NCBI GenBank assembly: GCA_002428055.1 | Contig: DIZY01000119.1 | Location: 1,855-52,892, forward strand | DNA from: Helicobacteraceae bacterium UBA6016 | GTDB lineage: Bacteria > Campylobacterota > Campylobacteria > Campylobacterales > UBA6016 | Length of the DNA stretch: 51,038 nucleotides | Reading direction: 5' to 3' | Shown here: positions 29,701 through 36,717 of the stretch, piece after piece | Layout: each line of letters opens with the position of its first letter | How positions within the stretch are numbered: the first letter of the stretch is position 1 | The notes under the pieces: generated by a model | The model's input: only the letters and a program-made list of their open reading frames with translations | What the model was told of the DNA's origin: nothing | The model's database searches: none | Made by a program: the position numbers and the translations under genes

Positions 29701-29715
29701 TGTGCCGACTCTCAT
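26710..29715 (-). CDS. flgL: flagellar hook-associated protein 3 (FlgL), very large variant
   Basis: Flagellin-type N-terminus MRVGTFTMYHDF...QIYSGTKI and C-terminus LNQRSINYQALLATVNKINGLSLVNYM. Start moved to ATG 29715, preceded by GGAGG. The central ~800 aa are Thr/Ser/Gly-rich. Confidence 0.8.
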   Translation of the reverse strand: MRVGTFTMYHDFTRNQEKSIKYLNDVNRQIYSGTKIEYGYQDTSTFVNTLRLDQEEYTLSQNALGADMARQFASNSDNTMNQMVKTLTEFKTKLINATSESNSTTDRRAIAQELVGLRQHMMNLANTSINGQYLFSGSAFAQKPIDASGNYQGNSDEVKSLISSGVQLPFNIDGNSLFLGSDNDYARTVSTNVPKKNITLLYDQPPTDRYITVDDKIKDMTGNNGDGEKSYFYVTGTQSDGTSFKQRIDVSADSKISDLLDKIKDTYKGNVDVTLNNYGEIEVKDLQKGSSKLQFHMVGSDNSGALTKATTGFTSGSTAMTVQSSTGIAVGDVLNIEGLGQVQVASITASATTPLSDIINYKPPLGASPKAEVTEVSIKKVNASSTTADAGAAPYLAGATSLNVASATGMAAGDEIIIGGEKYTISSTTAGPPDTINLSSGLKANVAAGDPVSIVTPLTDVGALASSGQSVTEFMKSGMAPLTVVNAPAWNDQWDHSTFNFNVEFKNRQSAANAQPQELLTSVLGGIPSGITLNGTAHAFSLTTSSTMRNLVDEIQGALDSEFGANQFSTTLVSGKIVVKDKNIDPKYTDTQSSRLRTMTLNGDTTVGVKTFASINGVESDKVYFKKDGAILSSNVSQVVSSTNAYAKPTDTLLSTSGSTTMVGKQLTMEMTNVDGNNQTVTIDFAATGATFTVGANKYSILNADSPQTITMPNDVTYRQLTDVMSMVIGNTLPSSTTVAAPGAAIGATSIDLASVSGYSVGDKITIGNGTSSYTIGAIAGTTLTLSPALTAAATTGAIVMSAKDYNSAVDAASRKATVSIDDTGKIVVEDKTHSATRANLSMYDSTAGVGTNMGYTKSSQISTNSLTLNSNNALTLDDPYVSIFDQLQAAIDSVISGKTRASDNGDDPRNTGMQNAILAIDHIFDHVVRKHTDIGAVGNSFQLSVDRSTTLKINVKTVRSEVLDTDIGSAYLELNQRSINYQALLATVNKINGLSLVNYM

Positions 29716-29840
29716 GAGAGGCCTCCAGATGCGTATTTTCAGACTAAGAAGCAAATAGAGTTCCAACGGATAATACCCCCACACAAGAGGAAGATTAAGG
29801 CTTTGGCGTGTAGAATTTCACTCTTACTTTACTACACAAT

Positions 29841-29924
29841 GCCGAAGTGGTGGAATGGTAGACGCGCTCGACTCAAAATCGAGTATCGAGAGATGTGGGG
29901 GTTCGAGTCCCCCCTTCGGCACCA
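29841..29924 (+). tRNA. tRNA-Leu (anticodon CAA)
   Basis: Folds by eye as acceptor GCCGAAG/CTTCGGC, anticodon stem CTCGA/TCGAG with loop CTCAAAA, a long variable arm, T-arm GGGGG-TTCGAGT-CCCCC and an encoded CCA. Confidence 0.9.
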
Positions 29925-30033
29925 TCTATAGTTTTCAAACAATCCCAAAAAGACCTTTCAACCCCTTATAAATCAAGCTTCTAGCAACTTTTTAGTTTCA
30001 CAGCGTTTCAAAATAATTTGCAAAAATCTAAGT

Positions 30034-30060
30034 TTTTTGGTACATTCTTTGGTACATATT
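30034..30060 (+). repeat. left arm-type repeat block (2 x TTGGTACAT); inverted copies at 30067-30073 and 30089-30100
   Basis: TTTTTGGTACATTCTTTGGTACATATT matches the block at 35674-35700 at 22 of 27 positions. ATGTACCAA at the integrase start is the exact reverse complement of TTGGTACAT. Confidence 0.6.
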
Positions 30061-30088
30061 TAAAAAGTACCAAAAAAATCCATCTAGG

Positions 30089-31143
30089 ATGTACCAAAAA
30101 ATGCCAAAACTTACTACACCTCTCACAGACACACAAATCAAAAATTTAAAACCAAAAGAAAAAGATTACACTTTGGCGGACGGTAATGGCTTGCAACTAC
30201 TCGTTAAGCAAAGCGGTTCAAAGCTTTGGGAGTTTAGATATACGATAGACGGTAAGCGAAAAAAAGCAAGTTTTGGTACATATCCGAATGTACCATTAGC
30301 CAAGGCTAGAGAAAAAGCTTCGATGTACCAAAAAATGTTAAAAGACGAAATAGACCCGATAGAAAACAAACGAGAGAAAAAACAATTAAAAAAAGATGAA
30401 GTCGAAAAACAAGTAAATACATTTGAGCTGGTTTTTAATAAATGGGTTGAAGTTAAACGAGGCAAAATCACAAAAGGTTCAGCCGATAAGCTACAAAGAA
30501 CATTTGAGCTTTACTTTTTACCGATTATCGGTCAAAAGCCAATCACGGAAATATCCAAACAGGAATACATAGACCTCATTTTGCGAATGAGGGATAAAGG
30601 CATACATTACTACGCCCATAAAACAAAAGGAATGTTGCAACAATTTCTAAATTACCTAGAAGAGACTAATATATTAGAAAATGCACCGCAATTAAGACTT
30701 GAAAACGCACTACCAAAACCAAAAGAAACCAACTACCCACATATTACGGATTTAAGAGAGCTAGGAGAGCTTTTAAGAGCGATTGACGGTTATCAGGGAG
30801 ATATATCTACAAAATACGCCCTTATGCTTGCACCGCTTGTTTTTGTGCGTCCAGCAAATATTCGTTTTATGGAGTGGAATGAGATAGATTTTGAAAAAGG
30901 TATTTGGAAAATATCAGCCGACAAAATGAAAGTGCGTTCTCCTCATATTGTGCCGCTAAGTAAGCAAGCTATCAAAATACTAAAAGAGATAAAAAAAGTT
31001 AACGGAGTTTATAAGTATGTGTTTGTAAGCCCCGTAAGCACATTAAAACCGCTTATAACCATGCGGAGTATCTCAAAGAGAGAAAAGAGCTTATGCAATG
31101 GTGGGCGGACTTTTTGGATAAAATCAAGCAAATTAACAACTAG
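30089..31143 (+). pseudogene. int: P4/CP4-57-type tyrosine integrase with internal out-of-frame deletion
   Basis: The N-terminus LTDTQIKNLKPKEKDYTLADGNGLQLLVKQSGSKLWEFRY is the typical arm-binding domain, and the box I Arg context VFVRPANIRFMEW is present. After ...FVSPVSTLKP the frame changes, and AYNHAEYLKERKELMQWWADFLDKIKQINN* is read in another frame. The HxxR box and second His are missing. Confidence 0.8.
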
Positions 31144-31145
31144 GT

Positions 31146-31958
31146 TTATAATAGTGTTTTGTCTGCTTTTTCTTTCATAAAGTGCAATATTTCATCGTAA
31201 TCGCTTGAATCAATAAGTCTTAAATCTTCTTTTGAAGCCTGCTCTTTGACGAATCTTATTTTATCAGTAAGTCCACTAGTATTGCCGATAATTGGCATAT
31301 ATATAATCTTGTCGGTAATGGTGCTATCATGTAAATGTCTAAGCAATAGTGCATTTTGAAATGTATCCCAAAAATCAACATGCAATGATATTAATTGCGT
31401 AGCAACAACTGGGGTATTTTTAGACATCGACACAAGACTAATTTCTTTATCCTCGCCGAACACTGTAGGCAGATGCTTCCGTGTCTTTAGTTCTTTGCTC
31501 CATTTTTTTTCTTTTATCACATTTTGTATGTTAGTAATTAATTTTGTTTTTGAAAATGGGTTTATGTTTCTTTTCTGCCCTGTTTTTTTAGATAAAGATA
31601 CTTTTGCGGCAAATAGAGCATTAAGCTCTTCTTCCATGCTTAGTGAAGTAATAATATGTTTTGACGGCTCTAAGACAGTTAAAGAGCGAGAAAGTTCACC
31701 AATACAAATTTCACCATTTTGAGATTGACGTTTTTGTAAAATCTCGATTGCATATTCAATATTGTCATGTTCCGATAATTGAAAGCAAGATTTGATGTTT
31801 TTAAAATTTTCAATAGTTTTTATTTTTACCTCACCAGTATCTTGATTTTTCAAAATAATACCAATATTTAATGTCTCTCCAGTATATGGCATACTTAGCC
31901 TTATTACAGACAATAGAGCTTTTGAATTTTTGTTAATATCTGCATAGTTAATAGGCAT
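31146..31958 (-). CDS. DUF3037-like protein (270 aa)
   Basis: The N-terminal pattern LLSVIRLSMPYTGETLNIGIILKNQDTGEV resembles the DUF3037 signature (E..N.G) from memory. Its start overlaps the upstream stop (TAATG). Confidence 0.5.
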   Translation of the reverse strand: MPINYADINKNSKALLSVIRLSMPYTGETLNIGIILKNQDTGEVKIKTIENFKNIKSCFQLSEHDNIEYAIEILQKRQSQNGEICIGELSRSLTVLEPSKHIITSLSMEEELNALFAAKVSLSKKTGQKRNINPFSKTKLITNIQNVIKEKKWSKELKTRKHLPTVFGEDKEISLVSMSKNTPVVATQLISLHVDFWDTFQNALLLRHLHDSTITDKIIYMPIIGNTSGLTDKIRFVKEQASKEDLRLIDSSDYDEILHFMKEKADKTLL

Positions 31959-32791
31959 TATTTGAATACCATCCTTCCAGATTTAAGATTTTTATAACAA
32001 GTAACATTCGTAACGCATGCGTTATAAATATTTTCTTTTCTTCCCTTTAAAAATATTTCTAAATTTTCAGCTTCTGTTTTATTCATATCGGATATATTTA
32101 CGCATATATCGACCATATCATCAATATCCATATCTTCTATTTTTCCTATGGCCATGGAATAATTAAAAATTTCATTAAATGAAAACTCTTCTATTATGTC
32201 ATATAAAATTTTGCCATGTGTTGCTGGATAATGGCAGTTATAATTCATATTTTCAAGTAAAATATCTTTGAATTCATAACCAGCAAAAATTCTATCCGCA
32301 TCTATAGAATTGTAAAAAGTTTTTTTATTTTTATTTTTTACTATTAAATGATTGTTTGCATGCCTATCATAATTTCTAAGATATTGGTCGTATGAATATA
32401 TTGACAGAAACTTTTCATAGTTAGAAACATCAAATAATTCACTTATAAATTCGTCATAGTTAAACCATTTTACAATATCGTCATACCATTCGACGCCAAA
32501 ATAATAGCCGCTTTTAAATGGCAATACACCTGTAATCTCGGTTTTAATATCATCAATTAGATATTTATCTATTTGTATAATTTTACCACTCGGGACAGGA
32601 ACGCCAATTATTGAGGCTACATAATGGGCTATAAATTCTTTGGGATTTGATATATTAAACTTTACTTGATAGTTTGTATTGTCTGCTCTTGCGATTGCAT
32701 AGTCAGATGTTCCACCGCGCTCTTTACGGTACTCCTTAAGCCATCCGGTAGCAACTGAAACATCATAACTTATCACGGTGTATATCCCCAA
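31958..32791 (-). CDS. HipA-like serine/threonine kinase (short form)
   Basis: Catalytic-loop-like YDRHANNHLI (D142, H144, N147) and downstream IDADRIF. The N-terminus has an ...YQVKF... lysine context and IIGVPVP. No ATG is available; the start is TTG 32791 or GTG 32776. Confidence 0.6.
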   Translation of the reverse strand: MGIYTVISYDVSVATGWLKEYRKERGGTSDYAIARADNTNYQVKFNISNPKEFIAHYVASIIGVPVPSGKIIQIDKYLIDDIKTEITGVLPFKSGYYFGVEWYDDIVKWFNYDEFISELFDVSNYEKFLSIYSYDQYLRNYDRHANNHLIVKNKNKKTFYNSIDADRIFAGYEFKDILLENMNYNCHYPATHGKILYDIIEEFSFNEIFNYSMAIGKIEDMDIDDMVDICVNISDMNKTEAENLEIFLKGRKENIYNACVTNVTCYKNLKSGRMVFK

Positions 32792-32838
32792 ATAGTAGCT
32801 TTTTTCATTATAGCAATTCTATACTAAGCAAAAGATGA

Positions 32839-33024
32839 CTAGTGCTCGCTACTAATCTTTTTTATGTATTCTTGAATCTCGCTAAGCTTCCACGCTATTG
32901 TTCTAACTGTTATTTTATAATGCTTTGGAAATTGACCTGTCTTTTCATAACGCCAAATAGTTGTTTTCGATAAACCTGTCATTTGGATAACAAGAGGAAG
33001 TCTTAAAAGTCTTTCATTCGTAAT
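32839..33024 (-). CDS. AlpA-family phage/island transcriptional regulator (no canonical start codon)
   Basis: The translation (I)TNERLLRLPLVIQMTGLSKTTIWRYEKTGQFPKHYKITVRTIAWKLSEIQEYIKK matches the AlpA HTH pattern. The frame contains no ATG, GTG or TTG before the HTH. An ATT at 33022-33024 with AAGG upstream is the only start candidate. Confidence 0.55.
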   Translation of the reverse strand: MTNERLLRLPLVIQMTGLSKTTIWRYEKTGQFPKHYKITVRTIAWKLSEIQEYIKKISSEH

Positions 33025-33032
33025 TTCAACCT

Positions 33033-34340
33033 TTATAAAATATGTTCACAAACTGGACTATCAGGGTAATACTCTTTCAAAAGTGACTTTATATAGCCAC
33101 CTCTTATCTCATACTCTGTTTTTTGATACGCAGGATTACAGCTAGTCGCTCTTTCATTTGTACTAGCTATAAAAATATTATGTATTAAATCAACCCGTTT
33201 AATTTGCGTGTTGTCTTTGGTTTTTATAACTCTAGTTTCGTACTCGCCGCTTTTAAACTCTCGCAATAGAAAAAACAGTTCTTTCCGCCTATCATCATCG
33301 CCTATTAAGTAATGCCGTATTTTTCGCCATACGGTAAGTTTTAGCGGTCTAAAGGTCTTTAGCGAGAAAGAGAAAGGACGAAGCCCTATGAGTGCAAAAA
33401 TATGTTGATAGCCTAAAGCATCATCGTTTAGCCTATCTCTTCAAGGTTTTGTTTTGTCGGAGCGAGTTTTAAAGATATATTTACAAATATAGCCCGTTAT
33501 TTTTTCATTTAGATTTTCGCTACTGTCGAAAAAGCGTATAAAAAATCCTGCGCCGTTTCTAAACTTTTTACAGTCGGCATCATCTCTTTTTAAATAATAC
33601 TCGTCACTATAGTAATGCGATTTTTTCTGATTTTTTGTTTTCTCTAGCTTTAAATGCCCTAAGACTATATTTTTATATTTCGGGTCTATTTTGATAACAG
33701 TGCGCCCTATTTCTGCATTATTCCATTTTCTAATAAGTAGGTCTACATAGGCGATTATATGCTCTTTTGTATCGGGCACAAATTCAAGAGAGTGCAAGTG
33801 CAGATTTAAGTTTTCGTGCAATTCATAAACTAACAGATAATTATAATCTAGACAATGCACCCAATCACTTTTATAGCCTAGTTGTTTTTTTCGCCTCTCC
33901 GTAGGCTCTTTGAAGAAATTATCATCTCTTATTGATTTTCTAAACTTTCTAAATGCTTTTTTCTGTTCTCTCATACATTCGTCAAATTCTGTTATCGTGT
34001 ATGTTTTTGGCAGTTTATATTCGCTGGTAAGTGTATATGTTACGTAAATAGGTGTCTGATTGTTTGTTTTTGTAGTTTTCAAAAAAGCGTCAAGCATATT
34101 TTGCAATTCCGCTTTTGCATTTTTAGCATTTTGTTCGTGCATAATTTGCAAATTACTAACCCATCCGCCAATTGAGTTAAACAAATCGACACCTACACGA
34201 TAGGTCTGATTTTTCAGCTCCTGTTCATATCTCTCATTTTTCATATATTCTAAAAGAGTTTTAGAATTAAAAATAAATTCATCTTTTGAATATTTTTCAC
34301 TAAGAGAAATGCGCTTTTTTGAAGATTGTATACTACACAT
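33033..34340 (-). pseudogene. HUH rolling-circle replication initiator-like gene split by one in-frame TGA
   Basis: HUH motif LHLHSLEF and double-Tyr motif GYICKYIFK (YxxKY, as in phiX174 A-type Reps). The stop at 33441-33443 is followed by 58 open codons in the same frame, which run into ORF 33033-33266. The likely real start is ATG 34340. Confidence 0.6.
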
Positions 34341-34411
34341 TTTTTCTATTTCCTTTTTATCTTTTTGCTTCCTACCGCTACTTAAATATAAGAACTCTAG
34401 GGAGCGGCTGC

Positions 34412-34453
34412 GCCGCACACTCTTCGTCGCACAGCTCCGAAAGAGAGTGCGGC
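34412..34453. promoter_or_regulatory. GC-rich imperfect hairpin in the Rep / RHH divergent intergenic region
   Basis: GCCGCACACTCTT-N16-AAGAGAGTGCGGC pairs at 12 of 13 positions. It is a conspicuous GC-rich patch in otherwise AT-rich DNA. Confidence 0.5.
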
Positions 34454-34566
34454 TTGCAAATGTAGTTTTAAATATTTGTAATGTAATTACATTAGCAATC
34501 TATCGTATTTATTTAGTAATGTCAAGACAAAATGTGCTAATGTAGTTGAAAAAGTAGGAGTTAGTA

Positions 34567-34833
34567 ATGGAAAAGCAAAAACGAAAAGAAGTTACTAGGG
34601 ATATTCTTATACAAATAAGAGTTAGTGAGGAAGAAAATCAAAAGATTGAAGAACTTGCGGAAAGGTTGAAAATGAATAAGTCAAAACTAATTAGAAACAT
34701 TGTGCTTGGTGAAATTGAAGATGGGCTTCTTGTAAATATAGGTGCGCTACCAATTATGCAAAAAGCTTTTGCGTTTTATCAAAAAAACTTTAAAGGTGTA
34801 GACTATTGGACAGAAGCTAGAAAAGATGGCTAA
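34567..34833 (+). CDS. ribbon-helix-helix (CopG/MobC-like) protein
   Basis: 88 aa. RHH pattern DILIQIRVSEEENQKIEELAERLKMNKSKLIRNIVLG. The stop overlaps the next gene's start by 8 nt. Confidence 0.6.
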   Translation: MEKQKRKEVTRDILIQIRVSEEENQKIEELAERLKMNKSKLIRNIVLGEIEDGLLVNIGALPIMQKAFAFYQKNFKGVDYWTEARKDG

Positions 34834-35587
34834 TAAAAATGATGATAAGTTTGTGCTTTTCTTGGATATTTTAGGATTTTCGGAACTGGTATTAAACAAC
34901 ACACCTGAACAATTACGCCAATTATATGATAGTGAACTACATCAAACACTCGGAGCGGTAAACTTTTTATCGGCTGCTTTTTTCAAAAAACCAACAAATG
35001 TTACCGTTGTTGCAAAAGAAAGTCACTCATTGACAGATGTGATTCAAGACGACTTGGGATTTCATGTCATGTCAGACAGCGTGCTTATTTGGAGCAAAGA
35101 TGTTAGTTTAAATTCACTCGAAAATATTACTAACTATGCAGCGATTCTATTAAGTATGTTGTTTGTGCTGGGTTTGCCATGCAGGGGTGGTTTATCCATA
35201 GGCAAAATTCAGTTTATAGAGCTACCATTAAACGGCAGACTTCAACCAAATGTTGTCGGAAGCGGAGTTGTAAATGCCCATAGACTTGAGGCGGGACAAG
35301 AATGGATGGGTTGTGCCGTTGGAAGTGAATGTTTTGATGGTTTTAAGGAGAAAGAGTTAAAGTCTTTAACTGATAAAAATAAGGCGATTGTTGGATATGA
35401 AATTCCATACAATGAAAATGCAAAATATAAAATGAAGCATGCTATAAACTGGACAATCTTCAATATGGTGATAGAAGATAATATTGAATTTTTCTATAAT
35501 AAATTTTCAAGACACAATAAAACAATAAGCGCTAGAACAGAATTAAAAATTTCAAATACATACAAGTTTTTAAAAGATATGCTTTAA
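34826..35587 (+). CDS. class III nucleotidyl-cyclase-like protein (253 aa)
   Basis: FLDILGFS (D14), HVMSDSVLIW (D84), CRGGLSIGKI (R120) and GSGVVNAHRLE (N150, R153) follow the order of the metal, substrate and transition-state motifs of adenylate/guanylate cyclase catalytic domains. Confidence 0.55.
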   Translation: MANKNDDKFVLFLDILGFSELVLNNTPEQLRQLYDSELHQTLGAVNFLSAAFFKKPTNVTVVAKESHSLTDVIQDDLGFHVMSDSVLIWSKDVSLNSLENITNYAAILLSMLFVLGLPCRGGLSIGKIQFIELPLNGRLQPNVVGSGVVNAHRLEAGQEWMGCAVGSECFDGFKEKELKSLTDKNKAIVGYEIPYNENAKYKMKHAINWTIFNMVIEDNIEFFYNKFSRHNKTISARTELKISNTYKFLKDML

Positions 35588-35673
35588 ATAAGAAAAACAC
35601 AAAAATTATGCGGCTATCCTTTTTATTACTTACGCCGCACCCTTCGGGCTTGTAATTTTTGTTATAGATTTTG

Positions 35674-35700
35674 TTTTTGGTACATTTTAAGGTACATTAT
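35674..35700 (+). repeat. right arm-type repeat block
   Basis: TTTTTGGTACATTTTAAGGTACATTAT, 57 nt upstream of the attR-like core. Confidence 0.6.
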
Positions 35701-35756
35701 AAAAAAATCAAATCGTATAAAAGCCTTTAAAACAGTGCTTTAAAGGCTAAAATATT

Positions 35757-35776
35757 AGTCTCCCCTTCGCACCATC
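35757..35776 (+). repeat. attR-like copy of the tRNA-Leu 3' end
   Basis: AGTCTCCCCTTCGCACCATC versus the tRNA's AGTCCCCCCTTCGGCACCATC: one mismatch and one 1-nt gap. Confidence 0.65.
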
Positions 35777-36094
35777 GAACAATCCGATATAGAACAATTG
35801 TCAAACGAACTGCTAAAATAGCCACCCTATAAATAATAAATCCTAATATCGCTAGAAACTTCAACTTTAAAGGGCGTAGACATTTTGTCTTTGCAACTTA
35901 TATATCTAGCGTTTTGTATCAAACCCAGAATATGCCCCCGATATATGCGATAATTCCAGCAAAAAAAAGATACGACCAAAGAAACCATTATTGTGCTGGA
36001 ACCACTAAAGAGATTTAACGACGGACAAAAGGTGTGTATCGAAAATCTGAACCCTTCTTATTGTTGCTAAATTATTTTTACAAAACTTATAAAG

Positions 36095-36613
36095 ATGAAA
36101 AGAACAGTTGAATCTATCCTGAAAATAGCCCTTGATACTTTTCCAGTGGTACTCATCAGCGGATCAAGGCAGGTTGGTAAGTCAACACTGGCGCTTGAAA
36201 ACTTCGCAAACTATCTTACATTTGACGATGGAGAGCTGAGGCTTTATGCAAAAGAAAACCCAAAGGCATTTTTGAAAAATATAGAGCTACCTATATGTCT
36301 TGATGAGATACAAAAAGTACCGACATTGCTAGAATATATCAAAATTCAAATAGACTCAAATAGAGCCAATGGCTTACAGGTAGCTCAAATGTGCTAGACA
36401 ACAAGGACAGTAAAGACACCCTTGCGGGCAGGCTTTGCGAGCTCAGGCTCCATTCGCTAAGCCTCAAAGAAAAAAACGACAAACCAGACGAGAATGTAAT
36501 AGAAAAACTGCACAAAAAACTCTAGGCGTGGTGTTTTATAACGGCGATATAGTGGTAGAGTTTGGCGATGATCTAGTAGCAGTTCCGTTCGCACTTTTTT
36601 ATAAGAGGCTTTG
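36095..36613 (+). pseudogene. remnant of an AAA+ ATPase (DUF4143/COG1373-type)
   Basis: The N-terminus carries Walker A, ISGSRQVGKST. After about 100 aa the frame shifts (..LTGSSNVLDNKDSKDTLAGRLCELRLHSLSLKE). A third frame then encodes the typical C-terminal end, GVVFYNGDIVVEFGDDLVAVPFALFY. Most of the middle is missing. Confidence 0.6.
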
Positions 36614-36717
36614 AGAGGGCTGAGTTATCAAGCAAATTGAATTATGAATACCAAAAATATCTCCATTAATCTATTAAATAATCTGGGGTTGACGAATCAG
36701 TTTGCACTGGCAATTTT

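Larger units (their letters stand above)
29906..35776. mobile_element. decayed tRNA-Leu-integrated element (~5.9 kb) with P4-type integrase, AlpA, HUH Rep and two cargo modules
   Basis: The tRNA 3' end AGTCCCCCCTTCGGCACCATC (29906-29926) recurs as AGTCTCCCCTTCGCACCATC at 35757-35776. The 27-nt blocks TTTTTGGTACATT..GGTACAT lie just inside both ends in the same orientation. Confidence 0.7.

Noticed and set aside
29716-29931. The N-terminal extension of flgL (MWGYYPLELY...) and the 87-aa plus-strand ORF 29668-29931
   Set aside because: The flagellin-type N-terminus starts at ATG 29715 with a GGAGG site. The plus-strand ORF runs through the tRNA-Leu gene.
31144-31180. The 3' tail of the 363-aa integrase ORF call
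   Set aside because: From about 31,060 onward, this frame encodes nonsense (ITMRSISKREKSLCNGGRTFWIKSS...). The conserved integrase C-terminus is read in another frame ending at 31143.
33441-33443. The in-frame TGA in the Rep gene as selenocysteine or programmed read-through
   Set aside because: I saw no SECIS-like hairpin immediately downstream, and the other maintenance genes of the element are also damaged. A nonsense mutation is the simpler explanation.
35722-35748. 10-bp perfect inverted repeat AGCCTTTAAA-N7-TTTAAAGGCT just inside attR
   Set aside because: This is a real hairpin. As a terminator it would act on minus-strand transcription, since the T-run lies on that side. No minus-strand gene lies upstream of it, so its function is unclear and I did not list it as a feature.
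35931-36075. Short ORF MPPIYAIIPAKKRYDQRN... resembling the N-terminus of a cytidylyltransferase
   Set aside because: Only ~10 residues are suggestive and the ORF ends after 28 codons. That is insufficient evidence to call even a pseudogene.
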